DNA of 47,792 bases from Nitrospirota bacterium (GTDB taxonomy: Bacteria; JACPQY01): assembly GCA_016180645.1 (NCBI GenBank), contig JACPAV010000021.1:62001-109792 (forward strand), in the 5' to 3' direction. A program made the translations under genes and the position numbers. Below, piece after piece: positions 1 through 9,749 of the stretch. Position 1 is the first letter of the stretch. Each line of letters starts with the position of its first letter. The notes under the pieces were generated by a model, which was not told where the DNA came from, did no database searches, and worked only from the letters and a program-made list of their open reading frames with translations.

Positions 1-761
1 AGTCCAAGCCCCACGCTGAGCCTTCCCTCGACCTCACCCGAGAAATCCAGGCTTTTCTCGATCCGCCCTCGAACCTGCCACTTGAATTCACCGTCTGCCG
101 TGATGGTGTTCGTGAGCTTGATCGACTTGGGTGAGGGGTTTGTCGATGCCGTGGACGGTCCCCCAAAGGGAAGGGTGCGGTCGAATGCAATGCGGAAGCT
201 CCGGTAGGTCACTTTCACATCCACGTTGCCCCCGGCCTCATCGAAGGTGCCCTCCGCGATGGATTCCCCTTGCACTTTGAAGCCATTCCCGCTTCTATCT
301 CTCCCCTCGCAGTCCCCCTTCACCAGGTTTTTGAACGTGTTTCCGGAGGCACTACACTCCACGATCGGGCAAGTGAGACCGTATTTCGCGAGGTCGGCTT
401 GCAGGTCCGCGCAGTCTTCGGCAGGCGTGCTCTCCGCTTCCGCATCGAGGTCTTTGGCGGCAGGAGATTCATCATCCGTCAACTGGTCGGTGAACTGCAT
501 TCCAAGGAGGGCCATTTCCATCATCTCGTTCTGTCCGAACGATGCGTCTCCGGGGTCCAGAAGGGTTTGGAATCCCCCTTGGTCACCGAGAGCGGCCAGG
601 GCGGCCTTGGCTTTCTCTGAAGTGGAGAGATCGGCATCCGGCATGGCGTCCAGCTTCGATGCCACGGACTGCTCCCCGTCAAGATTGCCGGTGTCAGCGG
701 GACAGCTCGCGATAAAGGGAGTGGCGGCAAGGAGGGCTCCCCAGAAAATCCCATGTCGCAT
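1..761 (-). CDS. Hypothetical lipoprotein, runs off the left edge (3' end outside window)
   Basis: Absent from the ORF track because there is no stop in the window. Manual translation: MRHGIFWGALLAATPFIASC-PADTGNLDGEQ..., open to base 1. Signal peptide with IASC lipobox, then acidic, Cys-containing, beta-rich sequence. Alternative ATG at 773. Confidence 0.75.
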   Translation of the reverse strand, partial: MRHGIFWGALLAATPFIASCPADTGNLDGEQSVASKLDAMPDADLSTSEKAKAALAALGDQGGFQTLLDPGDASFGQNEMMEMALLGMQFTDQLTDDESPAAKDLDAEAESTPAEDCADLQADLAKYGLTCPIVECSASGNTFKNLVKGDCEGRDRSGNGFKVQGESIAEGTFDEAGGNVDVKVTYRSFRIAFDRTLPFGGPSTASTNPSPKSIKLTNTITADGEFKWQVRGRIEKSLDFSGEVEGRLSVGLG

Positions 762-788
762 GCCGCGAATCATATCTGCCCCACGGAC

Positions 789-2168
789 CTATGGCAACAC
801 CTTTCCGGGATTGAGAATCCCTCTGGGGTCGAATACGCGTTTGACCTGTCGCATGAGATCCAACGAGGACCCATGCTGCGCTCGCATGAACTTTCGTCCG
901 CCTATCCCGATCCCGTGCTCGGCGCTGATGATTCCGCCTTTGGAGAGGGCGATTCGAATGATTTCGGCGTTGGCCTGACGCGCCTTCTTGAGTGCCGCGG
1001 CGTTTCCCTCATCAGCCGGGATGAGAACGTGCAGGATTCCGAATCCTGCGTGTCCGAAAGCGAAGAGCCGAAGCGATGTCCGGCGTTCGATCTCGCGGCA
1101 ACGCGCGATCATTTCCGGGAGGACTGAAACCGGAAACCCGACGTCGTTTCGTACAATAAAAGCTCCGGGATGGGCCGCCCGGATGGCGCGGGTGACGAAA
1201 TGACGGAACTCCCACGGATCGACCCCCCCGAGATTGACGGCCTCACCGCCGGCCTCGCGGCAGAGTTCCGTCGCCGGTCCTTCGGCCTGCGCGACGCCCG
1301 ACTGACTTCCCTGAAGTTCGAGGCAGAGCGTGGGACTTTCCTTTGCGTGCCATTCCTTAAAGCGATTGACGCAGGCAACCGATGCAGTATCCAGGAATTC
1401 CACGGCCGCCAGTTCGGGGAGGGACTGCTTGAGAGCTACGATCGCGCGGGCCGCTCCGGAGTCGTCGGCGAAACTGAAGGCGAGTTTCTTGAAGGATTCC
1501 GGTCGCGGCGCGAGCCGCAGGGTAACCTCTGCCACCACGCCCAGCGTGCCTTCGGCGCCCACGATAAGCTGCGCGAGATCCAACCCCGATGAACTTTTTG
1601 GAGAGGAAGTGCCGAGCTTGTGAACCTGCCCGCAGCCATCCACGATGGTCAGGGCCTTCACGTAGTCCCGCGTCCCTCCGAATTTCACCGAATAAATTCC
1701 GCTCGCATTGGTGGAGACCATGCCTCCAATGGTAGCCACGTCGGAACTTCCGCCCGGAGAGGGGGGGAAGAAAAGTCCGGACTCCTTGATCTGACGGTTC
1801 AGCTCATTGTAGACGATGCCCGGCTCCACGCGCACCAAGAAGTCTTCCGGCCGGAATTCCAGAACCTTCGTCATGCGGCTGACGTCCAGAACGACGCCTC
1901 CCTCGACGGGAATTGAATTGCCCTCCAAGCTGGAGCCCGCGCCGCGGGGCGTAATCGGAACGCCGAGAAAATGCGCCTTCCGGATGACTTTCTGAATGTC
2001 CCTTGTGGATTCGGGCCAGAGGACGATGGCGGGAGTTCGGCCGGGAAAAGAGGATTCGTCCCTTCCGCATCGGATGAGATCGGCGGCTCTTTCGGAGACT
2101 TGTGTGGCCGGGAGGAGCCTGCGAAAGGCGGCGGCGACCTTGGAACCGTTGGTTTTCTTGCGGCCCAT
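789..2168 (-). CDS. FAD-linked oxidase, GlcD/D-lactate dehydrogenase family
   Basis: PRGAGSSLEG FAD loop, TIGGMVSTNASG, GAEGTLG, C-terminal SAEHGIG...FDPRGILNPGK. Confidence 0.92.
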   Translation of the reverse strand: MGRKKTNGSKVAAAFRRLLPATQVSERAADLIRCGRDESSFPGRTPAIVLWPESTRDIQKVIRKAHFLGVPITPRGAGSSLEGNSIPVEGGVVLDVSRMTKVLEFRPEDFLVRVEPGIVYNELNRQIKESGLFFPPSPGGSSDVATIGGMVSTNASGIYSVKFGGTRDYVKALTIVDGCGQVHKLGTSSPKSSSGLDLAQLIVGAEGTLGVVAEVTLRLAPRPESFKKLAFSFADDSGAARAIVALKQSLPELAAVEFLDTASVACVNRFKEWHAKESPTLCLELQGSQSGVAQAEGPATELCREAGGEAVNLGGVDPWEFRHFVTRAIRAAHPGAFIVRNDVGFPVSVLPEMIARCREIERRTSLRLFAFGHAGFGILHVLIPADEGNAAALKKARQANAEIIRIALSKGGIISAEHGIGIGGRKFMRAQHGSSLDLMRQVKRVFDPRGILNPGKVLP

Positions 2169-2210
2169 GGGCCGTTTATATCCTAAAGTAGACTGCGAGG
2201 GCTACCGATA

Positions 2211-2320
2211 GGACTACTAGATCCTCAAGGATGAGGCCCTGAGGACGGAACCGAAGCCGTCCATTCACCTACCCGCAGGGTTGAGTCCAAGAAGATCGAT
2301 CTCAAGTAGTGTCACCTCCT
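2211..2320 (-). ncRNA. Candidate structured RNA and/or 26-aa small ORF (TTG 2305 to TGA 2225)
   Basis: Nested pairings ACTACT/AGTAGT, GATCTTC/GAGGATC, CCCTG/CAGGG and GGACGG/CCGTCC with a cUUCGg apical loop on the minus strand. Perfect SD AGGAGGTGA 6 nt before an in-frame TTG. No family recognised. Confidence 0.4.
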
Positions 2321-2323
2321 AGA

Positions 2324-2360
2324 TCCTCGCCCGAAGAAACCTCGGGCGAGGAGTTTTTTT
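2324..2360 (+). terminator. Intrinsic terminator-like hairpin (11-bp stem plus T7)
   Basis: TCCTCGCCCGA-agaaacc-TCGGGCGAGGA followed by gTTTTTTT. The U-tract is on the + strand although both flanking genes are minus. Confidence 0.7.
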
Positions 2361-2395
2361 GGGGCCTTTTCAAAGTCGAAACCCGAACTCTGAAA

Positions 2396-2746
2396 TTACC
2401 CCGGGGGCCAGGTCATGAAGCGGCCGCCGAGAAGATGGACGTGGAGGTGGTAGACGGTCTGGCCGCCGTTGGGATTGCAGTTGATGACGATGCGGAATCC
2501 GTTGTCGGCGAATCCCCCTTTCCGGGCAATTTCGTTCGCCGTTTGGAAGATGTGACTCAAGAGCGCCTGATCCGAATCCTTGACGCTCAAGAGGGTGGAA
2601 ATGTGACGCTTGGGCACCAGCAAGAGGTGGACCGGCGCCTGGGGGCGGATGTCCTTGATGGCCACGACATGTTCATCCTGGTACTGAATCTCGGTCTTCA
2701 TTTCTCCGCGGATGACTTTGCAGAAAATGCAATCTTGATTTTCCAT
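2396..2746 (-). CDS. hinT: Histidine triad nucleotide-binding protein (HIT family)
   Basis: MENQDCIFCK...PQAPVHLLLVPKRH...GQTVYHLHVHLLGGR...WPPG. Start trimmed to ATG 2746, which has a GAGG SD. Confidence 0.95.
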   Translation of the reverse strand: MENQDCIFCKVIRGEMKTEIQYQDEHVVAIKDIRPQAPVHLLLVPKRHISTLLSVKDSDQALLSHIFQTANEIARKGGFADNGFRIVINCNPNGGQTVYHLHVHLLGGRFMTWPPG

Positions 2747-2757
2747 CGGCCAACCTC

Positions 2758-3462
2758 TCAGTCGTACTTCTCGAAATAGATTCTCTTCCGATCGAATCCA
2801 AAGTCCAGGAGCTGCTTGCGCACTTCGTCCACCATCTTTTTCAGCCCGCAGACGTATGTTTCCATTTCGGGACGGCCCTTGAGCCGTTTCTCCACTTGAA
2901 GCTGAACGTAGCCGCGCTCTCCCTGCCATGCCTCGTTCGCGCGGGAGAGGGTCGGCACAAAACGGAAATTGGCGTGGCGGCGCGCGAGTTCCTCGAACTC
3001 CTGTCGGAAAAGGATCTCCGATTCATCTCGAATGCCGAAGAGGAGAAGCACGTCCGGCTGGCACCCCTGATTCAGCAGGTGGGGAATCATGGAACGGAAG
3101 GGTGTCAGTCCCGTTCCCGTGGCGATGAAGGCGGCGCCGGACTTTCCCGGATCGCGCAGTACGAAACGACCGGCCGGCCCCTCGAACTTCAGCGAGGCGC
3201 CTACCGGTGCGTCGTGGAAGAACGATGAGCCGGGCCCACCTTCCACCCGGGTGATGGCCGTCTCAAATTCGTGGCTCCCATTGGGAGGGGAGGCGATCGA
3301 GTAGGCGCGCTGCGGATTGTCCGCCTTGATCGGGAGATGGAAATTGACCCACTGGCCGGGGACGAAGGTGAAGGGCTCCTCTCCCAGCACTTTCAGGCGG
3401 AACGCCTTGACGCGCGGGCTGACGGTCCAGGTCTTTACCAGTGAGGCTTCCTTCAGAGGCAT
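2758..3462 (-). CDS. Ferredoxin-NADP reductase-like FAD/NAD(P)-binding oxidoreductase
   Basis: RAYSIAS (RxYS), GPGS, IATGTGLTPF, YVCG, terminal FEKYD. Confidence 0.9.
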   Translation of the reverse strand: MPLKEASLVKTWTVSPRVKAFRLKVLGEEPFTFVPGQWVNFHLPIKADNPQRAYSIASPPNGSHEFETAITRVEGGPGSSFFHDAPVGASLKFEGPAGRFVLRDPGKSGAAFIATGTGLTPFRSMIPHLLNQGCQPDVLLLFGIRDESEILFRQEFEELARRHANFRFVPTLSRANEAWQGERGYVQLQVEKRLKGRPEMETYVCGLKKMVDEVRKQLLDFGFDRKRIYFEKYD

Positions 3463-3498
3463 CGGCGCATTATCGAGGAGCGCGATCCTCTTTTCAAC

Positions 3499-3541
3499 AC
3501 TCTCCCCGTCATCACGGACATCGTGTCCGCCGAGAAGGTGG
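3499..3541. repeat. 43-nt repeat, copy A (CGTC-tagged palindrome), downstream of acs
   Basis: actctccccgtcatcacggacatcgtgtccgccgagaaggtgg; 38/43 identical to 5562-5604. Confidence 0.8.
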
Positions 3542-3600
3542 AGAGTGCGGCCGACCTCACGTCGGGCCGTGCACCGCGAGAGAGCGGTGCGGTCGTCGCG

Positions 3601-5547
3601 CTACGGCTCCAAGTGCTCGTACTTCTCCTTCAGGAATCGGACGACCGCAGGATCGGCGAGGGTGGTGGTGTCGCCCATGGCCCGGCCCTCGGCGATGTCG
3701 CGCAGAAGCCGTCGCATGATTTTTCCGCTGCGCGTCTTGGGGAGCTCGGCGGCGAAGAGAACGTCGTCCGGGCGGGCGATGGCCCCGATCTTCTTGACCA
3801 CGTGCTGCTTCAATTCGTCCTTCACCGCATCCGATGACGTGATCCCTTCCTTCAGCGTGACGAAGGCGACGATGGCGTTTTCCTTGATCTCGTGCGCTTT
3901 GCCGATGACCGCCGCTTCGGCCACCTTGGGATTGTCCACGAGCGAGCTCTCCAGTTCCATCGTGCTCAGGCGATGACCGGCCACCTTGATCACGTCGTCG
4001 ACTCGGCCGAGGAGCCAGTAATACCCGTCTCTGTCCCGTTTGGCGCCGTCGCCCGTGTTGTAGACGCCGTCGAACCGGCTCCAATACTGGTTCTTGTACC
4101 GTTCGGGATCTCCATAGATGCCGCGCAACATCGCAGGCCAGGGGTGGGTGATCACCAAATACCCGCCGCCTGCCTTGACGGGCTTGCCGCTCTCGTCGAC
4201 GATTTCGGCACGAATCCCCGGGAACGGCCGGGTGGCCGAACCGGGTTTGAGGCGCGTGAGAGCGGGGAGAGGCGTGATCAAAATCATGCCGGTTTCCGTC
4301 TGCCACCATGTATCCACAATCGGGCACCGTTTTTTCCCGATTACAGTGTGGTACCAAATCCATGCCTCGGGGTTGATCGGCTCGCCCACGCTGCCGAGAA
4401 GCCGGAGCGAACTCAGATCGTGCTTGTTCGGAAACGCGTCGCCCCATTTCATGAAGGCGCGGATCGCGGTGGGGGCGGTGTAGAGGATGGTGACGCCGTA
4501 CTTTTCGACGATGGACCAGAAGCGATCCTTTTCCGGCCAGTCCGGACCGCCCTCGTACATCACAACGCTGGCGCCGTTCGAGAGGGGCCCGTAGACCACG
4601 TAGGTATGGCCGGTAACCCACCCGATATCCGCCGTGCACCAGTAGACGTCGTCCTCCTTGAGGTCGAACACATGCTTCGTGGTGACGTGCGCTCCGACGA
4701 GATATCCGCCGCTCGTGTGAATGATGCCCTTCGGCTTGCCGGTGGTGCCGCTCGTGTAGAGAAGATAGAGCATGTCCTCGCTATCGACCGGGAGCGGTTC
4801 GCACGTCATCGGTGCGGCGTCCATCAGATCGTTCCACCAGAAGTCGCGACCGTCCTTCATGGGCACGATCATCTTCCCGCCGAGCCGCCGGACGACAACT
4901 ACCTTATGTACGTCCGGACAGCTCTGGAGTGCGTCGTCCACATTCTGCTTGAGCGGCACGACCCCGCCGCGCCGATACCCGCCGTCGGCCGTGATGAGGA
5001 CCTTGGACTGGGCATCCAGGATGCGGTCTTTAAGCGCCTCCGCGCTGAACCCGCCGAAGACGACGCTGTGCACGGCGCCGATGCGCGCGCAGGCCAGCAT
5101 CGCGATCGGCAGCTCCGGGATCATGGGCATATAGAGCGTGACACGGTCGCCCTTCTTGACCCCGATGGTCTTGAGCGCATTCGCGCATTTGCAAACTTCA
5201 CGGTGAAGATCCCGGTAGGTCAAGACGCGCGTGTCGCCGGGTTCTCCCTCCCATATGATGGCCGCCTTGTTCTTCCGCGGGCCGGTGAGATGGCGGTCGA
5301 TGCAGTTGTGCGAAAGGTTCAGCTTCCCCCCGACGAACCATTTCGCGTAGGGTTCCTTCCAATCGAGGACCTTCTTCCAAGGTTTGAACCAGTCGATTTC
5401 GCCCGCACATCGGGACCAGAATTTGAGAACGTTCTCGCCCTCTTTGTAGATGGCGCCGTTCCGCGCGTTGGCTTGTTTCCGAAACGAAGCGGACGGCGCA
5501 AAGGCGCGTTTTTCAACCCATAGATCATCCAGGCCGCGTGATGTCAT
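3601..5547 (-). CDS. acs: Acetyl-CoA synthetase (AMP-forming)
   Basis: [44 protein letters not shown]; 648 aa; GGAGG SD. Confidence 0.97.
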   Translation of the reverse strand: MTSRGLDDLWVEKRAFAPSASFRKQANARNGAIYKEGENVLKFWSRCAGEIDWFKPWKKVLDWKEPYAKWFVGGKLNLSHNCIDRHLTGPRKNKAAIIWEGEPGDTRVLTYRDLHREVCKCANALKTIGVKKGDRVTLYMPMIPELPIAMLACARIGAVHSVVFGGFSAEALKDRILDAQSKVLITADGGYRRGGVVPLKQNVDDALQSCPDVHKVVVVRRLGGKMIVPMKDGRDFWWNDLMDAAPMTCEPLPVDSEDMLYLLYTSGTTGKPKGIIHTSGGYLVGAHVTTKHVFDLKEDDVYWCTADIGWVTGHTYVVYGPLSNGASVVMYEGGPDWPEKDRFWSIVEKYGVTILYTAPTAIRAFMKWGDAFPNKHDLSSLRLLGSVGEPINPEAWIWYHTVIGKKRCPIVDTWWQTETGMILITPLPALTRLKPGSATRPFPGIRAEIVDESGKPVKAGGGYLVITHPWPAMLRGIYGDPERYKNQYWSRFDGVYNTGDGAKRDRDGYYWLLGRVDDVIKVAGHRLSTMELESSLVDNPKVAEAAVIGKAHEIKENAIVAFVTLKEGITSSDAVKDELKQHVVKKIGAIARPDDVLFAAELPKTRSGKIMRRLLRDIAEGRAMGDTTTLADPAVVRFLKEKYEHLEP

Positions 5548-5561
5548 GTTGAACCTCCCAT

Positions 5562-5604
5562 ACTCTCTACGTCATCGCGGACTTCGTGTCCGCCGAAAAG
5601 GTGG
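5562..5604. repeat. 43-nt repeat, copy B, immediately upstream of the acs SD
   Basis: actctctacgtcatcgcggacttcgtgtccgccgaaaaggtgg; hairpin GCGGAC/GTCCGC. Confidence 0.8.
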
Positions 5605-5697
5605 CCCCCTCCGCTACGCTCCGGGGACGACGAAATGTAGCATCATCGGGTCTCGGCGTCGAGAGTACGGCCGGCATCCTTCCGGTCCGTGCAGAGC

Positions 5698-6519
5698 TTA
5701 CCGGGCGCGCAGGATGGACGCAAATCCCCGAAGGACACCCAGTCCATACCGCACGAATCCCTTCTTGGATTTGCCGTGCGTGCGGGGATGGATCCGGATG
5801 GGGACTTCTCCGATGCGCGCCCCGATGTCCTGAAGCTTCCGGTAGAGCTCCATCGAGAAGTATTGCGGCTCCTCGGCCGCCTCGCCGTTGCCGAAAGCCT
5901 TCTCGATGATGCCCCGCGTGAACGCCCGGTACCCACTCATTGGATCGGTAGTGGCGATGTGCGCCCGCCGGGCGAAGATCCGCGCAAAGGTGGGGAGCAG
6001 CAAACGCCGGATCAGGGGGCCCGCGTATCTTGGCCGATCCGGAGCGGGATCGGGGGCCTCTTCGGGAAAGGGCAGGTAGCGGGAACCGATGACCACATCG
6101 TATCCCTCCCTGAGCTTGGCTGTGAGACGCGGGATGTCGCGTGGATCGTGCTGACCGTCCGCATCAAGCTCCACAACCACCGGATAGCGATCTTCAATGG
6201 CAGCGTGAAACCCCGTAAGAAGGGCAGCGCCCTGGCCTCGATTCTCCGCGTGTGAGATCACGCGGGCGCCGCCTTCGCGCGCGACGGCGGAGGTCCGATC
6301 CGTTGAGCCGTCGTCCACGACAAGGACGTCAACGCCCTTGGGCAGACTCGACAGCACAGCCGGGAGGCATTCGGCCTCGTTGTACGCGGGGATCAAAGCG
6401 AGAATCTTGTCCGGGGTGTGAAAACGATCTCCAGTGACCGACGGGCGGCTGCCCGATCGGTCTCTGCCCTGCGCGGGGGCACCCGGCGGGCCTTTCGGCA
6501 TTCGCCGGAGATGGTTCAC
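5698..6519 (-). CDS. Glycosyltransferase family 2 (DPM1-like)
   Basis: IPAYNE, VDDGSTD, NRGQG, LDADGQH, GSRY, DPMSGYR. Start is GTG 6519 or ATG 6501; the ORF-track start at 6699 overlaps the upstream gene. Confidence 0.88.
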   Translation of the reverse strand: MNHLRRMPKGPPGAPAQGRDRSGSRPSVTGDRFHTPDKILALIPAYNEAECLPAVLSSLPKGVDVLVVDDGSTDRTSAVAREGGARVISHAENRGQGAALLTGFHAAIEDRYPVVVELDADGQHDPRDIPRLTAKLREGYDVVIGSRYLPFPEEAPDPAPDRPRYAGPLIRRLLLPTFARIFARRAHIATTDPMSGYRAFTRGIIEKAFGNGEAAEEPQYFSMELYRKLQDIGARIGEVPIRIHPRTHGKSKKGFVRYGLGVLRGFASILRAR

Positions 6520-6524
6520 ACCCC

Positions 6525-7160
6525 TCAGATACGCTTGGCGGGGTTGCCGGCTACTCGCCATCCCTTGGGAACGTCTTTCAGAACGACGGCGCCGGCGCCG
6601 ATTTCGCACCGGTCGCCGATCCGGAGATTCGGTCCGACGACGGCGCCGGTGTAGACATAGGCCATCCGCCCAACTTGCACATGTCCCGCCAGTGTACACC
6701 CCGGCGCGAGGTTGGCGAAATCGCCCACCGTTGAATCATGATCGACGACCACATTGGCGTGGACCATCACATGACGACCGATGACGGCATTCGGCTGGAT
6801 CACCGCCCCCGCGTTGATGATCGACCCTTCTCCGATCTTGGAGAATGGCGAAATCGAAGCCCCGGGATGAATGGCGGTCGCACTTCGTAGGCCGATCCGC
6901 TTGCACTGCTCCGCCAGGCCCGCCTTTTTCAAGTTGTCCCGATGCGCGATAAGGGCATGCGTGGCGCCGAGCTTTCCCCGCTTCAGCAACTCCAGCCCGC
7001 CCAGGATCGATATGCCCAGGAGCGCCTCCGCGCGGCCATCCTTCCGGTCCTCGAGATCGATGACGCCGACCATCTCATTGCGCTCAGTGAGTTTGAAAAT
7101 GTCGATGGCGTACTTGGCCTGTGCTCCGGCGCCGAGGATGAGGATGCGCAATGCGGCCAT
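6525..7160 (-). CDS. NeuD/PglD-type sugar acetyltransferase (hexapeptide repeat)
   Basis: N-terminal LGAGAQA Rossmann motif, IHP, VDHD, hexapeptide repeats, AGNPAKRI terminus. Confidence 0.9.
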   Translation of the reverse strand: MAALRILILGAGAQAKYAIDIFKLTERNEMVGVIDLEDRKDGRAEALLGISILGGLELLKRGKLGATHALIAHRDNLKKAGLAEQCKRIGLRSATAIHPGASISPFSKIGEGSIINAGAVIQPNAVIGRHVMVHANVVVDHDSTVGDFANLAPGCTLAGHVQVGRMAYVYTGAVVGPNLRIGDRCEIGAGAVVLKDVPKGWRVAGNPAKRI

Positions 7161-7166
7161 CAGCTT

Positions 7167-8306
7167 TCAGCGGTCAGCGTTCAGCTCACGGAGAGCCGAG
7201 ACCACACGGTCCAAATCCGTTCGGGTGAGGCGCCCGTGGTTCGGCAGACCGATGATGCGACCGGCCAGCTGTTCGGCGACCGGCAGGTTCAGCCGTCCGT
7301 ATGCCGGATCCAAATCCGTGAGCACTTTCTGCCTGTAGAGGGGCTCCTTGTATCTCTGACGCACTTCGATGCTCTTGGCTCGGAGCATGGACACGATTTC
7401 CGCGGTTGTTCGACCCGCCTTCTCTTCATCCATCCAGACGGGATACCAGAAAAATGTGTGTACGACCTCCGGATACAGCGTTGGCCTCCTGATCGCCTCC
7501 AGCCCGGCGAGATTCTTGTGTAGAACCATCGAATTTCGGATGCGCTTTCGATTGTTCGAATTGAGCTTCCGGAGTTGAACGCGCCCCATGGCCGCCTGGA
7601 ATTCCGTCATCTTGTAGTTGTAGCCGAGCATCACGTGATCGTCACGTCCCGACATTCCATGGATCCGCATCATTCGGGCTTTGGTGGCGATCTCCTCGTC
7701 ATCGGTGGTGATCATCCCGCCCTCGCCGGTGGTCATTGCCTTCGTGGCGAAGAACGAGAAGGCGGCGGCCCGGCCGAAAGAGCCGGCCTTCCTCGCACGG
7801 AAACTTGATCCATGGGCTTGCGCGGCATCTTCGATGAAGGCGAGGCCTCGCGATCGAGCGAGATTCGAGAGCGCGTCCACATCCGCCATCTGCCCATATA
7901 AATGTACCGCAAGGATGGCTTTCGTCCGAGGCGTGATCGCCCGCTCCACTTGAGCCGGATCGAGACAGTAACGGTCCGGATCGAGGTCCGCGAATACCGG
8001 CCTGGCGCCCGTGTAGAGGACGGCTTCGATGGTAGCGAAGAACGTCAAGGGTGGGACGATGACTTCGTCCCCCACGCCGATCCCGATCGCGGCAAGGATG
8101 AGGTGGAGTGCTGCCGTACCGTTGCTGACGGCCACGGCGTGCCGGCTGCCGACGTACCGGGCGTATTCCGCTTCGAAGGCGAGGACGATTTCCCCGGAAA
8201 CGTATTTGCCCGAGCGCAGTACGGCCGAAACGGCGCGAATCTCCTCCGCGCCCACCGCGGGTTTGGATACCTGGATGATCCGGCCGCTGGGGCCTGGCCG
8301 CCTCAT
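7167..8306 (-). CDS. DegT/DnrJ/EryC1/StrS family sugar aminotransferase
   Basis: SNGTAALH, IEDAAQAHG, FSFFATKAMTTGEGG (PLP lysine), GYNYKM. Confidence 0.95.
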   Translation of the reverse strand: MRRPGPSGRIIQVSKPAVGAEEIRAVSAVLRSGKYVSGEIVLAFEAEYARYVGSRHAVAVSNGTAALHLILAAIGIGVGDEVIVPPLTFFATIEAVLYTGARPVFADLDPDRYCLDPAQVERAITPRTKAILAVHLYGQMADVDALSNLARSRGLAFIEDAAQAHGSSFRARKAGSFGRAAAFSFFATKAMTTGEGGMITTDDEEIATKARMMRIHGMSGRDDHVMLGYNYKMTEFQAAMGRVQLRKLNSNNRKRIRNSMVLHKNLAGLEAIRRPTLYPEVVHTFFWYPVWMDEEKAGRTTAEIVSMLRAKSIEVRQRYKEPLYRQKVLTDLDPAYGRLNLPVAEQLAGRIIGLPNHGRLTRTDLDRVVSALRELNADR

Positions 8307-9262
8307 TCTGAGGAAGTGAGTCTCCCTTGCGCCTTCAGGAAGGAGACGAGCGCGTCGCGGCTTGTGTGCTCGAAGCGAAAGCCGAGTTTCTTGATCTTGT
8401 CGTTCGAGATCACCCAGGGGTAGCGGAAGAAATTGAGAACACCGGCCTGCGACTCAACGGGCTTGAGGTGCAGCAGCCAGAAGAGTTGGACCAGGCTGTA
8501 GGCGAACCCATAGGGAAAGGGCACCGTTTTCGATCCCGTTAGGACGGCGGCTTCGGAGAGCGTGAGCGTACCGTCACCGGTGAGATTGTAGGCGCCGCTG
8601 CCGCCCTTCTTCAGGAGAAAGTGAAAGGCGCGGGCGACGTCCTCTTCGTGAACGTACTGCATCGGTGGGTTGGCGCCCTTGATCGTAAATCCGCGAGGCT
8701 GACTGATCATCCGGCCGATGTAGTTCGAGATGTTCGGTCCGATCACGATGGTCGGCCGAACGATGACCACCTGAATGCCGGGATGTTTGCTCGAAAACTC
8801 CTGGCAGAGGCGGTCAATGATGGCCTTGTGCTCCGAGTAGGGGTAGTTCCTGTTCGAGTCCCCGCGCACGGGATGTTCCTCGTTGAGCGGAACCGGATTG
8901 TCCGGATGCGCGCCGTAGGCCGTGGCGCTGGAGGCCACGAGGATTCGCTTGATGTTCAACGCTTCGACCGCCTGAAGAAAGTTTCGGGTCCCGTCGATGT
9001 TCACTCGCGCCATTCGGCGCACGTCGTGGATCGGGTTCAGGATGAACGCCAGGTGGATGGCGGTATCGGGAGCGGCCGCGCGGACTTTTTCGGCCAACGC
9101 CGTGTCGTTGATGTCGGAATGGATGAAGGTCAGTTTCTTGGATGAGGCTCGAGGGGGAACGATGTCAGTCCCGACGATCGACTCGATGTCGCGATCCGAG
9201 TCGCACACTTGCGTGAGCCTCGTTCCGATGTATCCTGAAACGCCGGTGATCCAAAGTCGCAT
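8303..9262 (-). CDS. NAD-dependent epimerase/dehydratase (extended SDR)
   Basis: ITGVSGYIG, NIDGT, SSATAYG, YSEHK (YxxxK). Start trimmed to ATG 9262. Confidence 0.9.
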   Translation of the reverse strand: MRLWITGVSGYIGTRLTQVCDSDRDIESIVGTDIVPPRASSKKLTFIHSDINDTALAEKVRAAAPDTAIHLAFILNPIHDVRRMARVNIDGTRNFLQAVEALNIKRILVASSATAYGAHPDNPVPLNEEHPVRGDSNRNYPYSEHKAIIDRLCQEFSSKHPGIQVVIVRPTIVIGPNISNYIGRMISQPRGFTIKGANPPMQYVHEEDVARAFHFLLKKGGSGAYNLTGDGTLTLSEAAVLTGSKTVPFPYGFAYSLVQLFWLLHLKPVESQAGVLNFFRYPWVISNDKIKKLGFRFEHTSRDALVSFLKAQGRLTSSE

Positions 9263-9340
9263 GGCCGGATTGTATCCAGAGAACGCGCAGAATAACAATG
9301 TCCCCTGCAGAAGGAGCATGGAAAGCCGGAGGTGGGTGAC

Positions 9341-9559
9341 GTGAAGCTTCGCATTGTTGTGAAACCGAACGCGCGGCAGACGAAAGTCGAGCCGCTGGAG
9401 GGGAAATCCTACAGGATCAGCGTGACCGTGCCTCCGGTGGAGGGCAAGGCCAACGAGGCGGTGGTGGAAGCGCTGAGCGAACACTTCGGCGCGGCCAAGT
9501 CGCGGTTTCGGATCGTGGCCGGCCACAAGGGTCGGACCAAGATCGTCGAGTATGCTTAG
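9341..9559 (+). CDS. yggU: DUF167/YggU family protein
   Basis: VKPNARQ...PPVEGKANEAVV...GHKGRTKIV; GGAGG SD before GTG 9341. Confidence 0.9.
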   Translation: MKLRIVVKPNARQTKVEPLEGKSYRISVTVPPVEGKANEAVVEALSEHFGAAKSRFRIVAGHKGRTKIVEYA

Positions 9560-9570
9560 GAAGCGTTGAA

Positions 9571-9644
9571 TGGGCGCTGAAGGGCTCGAACCTTCGGCCT
9601 CCGCTGTGTAAGAGCGGCGCTCTAGCCAACTGAGCTAAGCGCCC
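9571..9644 (-). tRNA. tRNA-Val (anticodon TAC), CCA not encoded
   Basis: GGGCGCT/AGCGCCC acceptor stem, AGCTCAGTTGGCTAGAGC D-arm, CCGCT-CTTACAC-AGCGG anticodon arm, GGTTCGAGCC T-loop. Confidence 0.96.
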
Positions 9645-9676
9645 CATCCGGTGCAAGCCTAATGGAAGGCCGGGCC

Positions 9677-9712
9677 AAAGAAAAGTCCCATGCCCGGTGG
9701 GGCATGGGACTT
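9677..9712 (-). terminator. Intrinsic terminator after the hemerythrin-like gene
   Basis: 13-bp perfect stem AAGTCCCATGCCC/GGGCATGGGACTT followed by TTCTTT on the minus strand. Confidence 0.85.
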
Positions 9713-9749
9713 GGTGGTTGCGCCGAGAAGCTTCGGCGGATCCGTCCGA

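Noticed and set aside
226-978. Plus-strand 250-aa ORF
   Set aside because: Shadow of the minus-strand lipoprotein gene (1-761) and the oxidase 3' end.
2239-2256. Hammerhead ribozyme core (CTGAGGA)
   Set aside because: Followed by GAAG, not GAAA, and there is no viable stem II.
2312-2320. 16S rRNA 3' end (TCACCTCCT)
   Set aside because: No rRNA sequence around it; better read as an SD on the minus strand.
3892-5523. Long plus-strand ORF (543 aa), and similar ones at 20295-21656 and 30773-32119
   Set aside because: Antisense shadows of well-supported genes in high-GC DNA, with no motifs.
9571-9644. tRNA-Val as island or prophage attachment site
   Set aside because: No duplicated tRNA 3' end and no integrase seen in the window.
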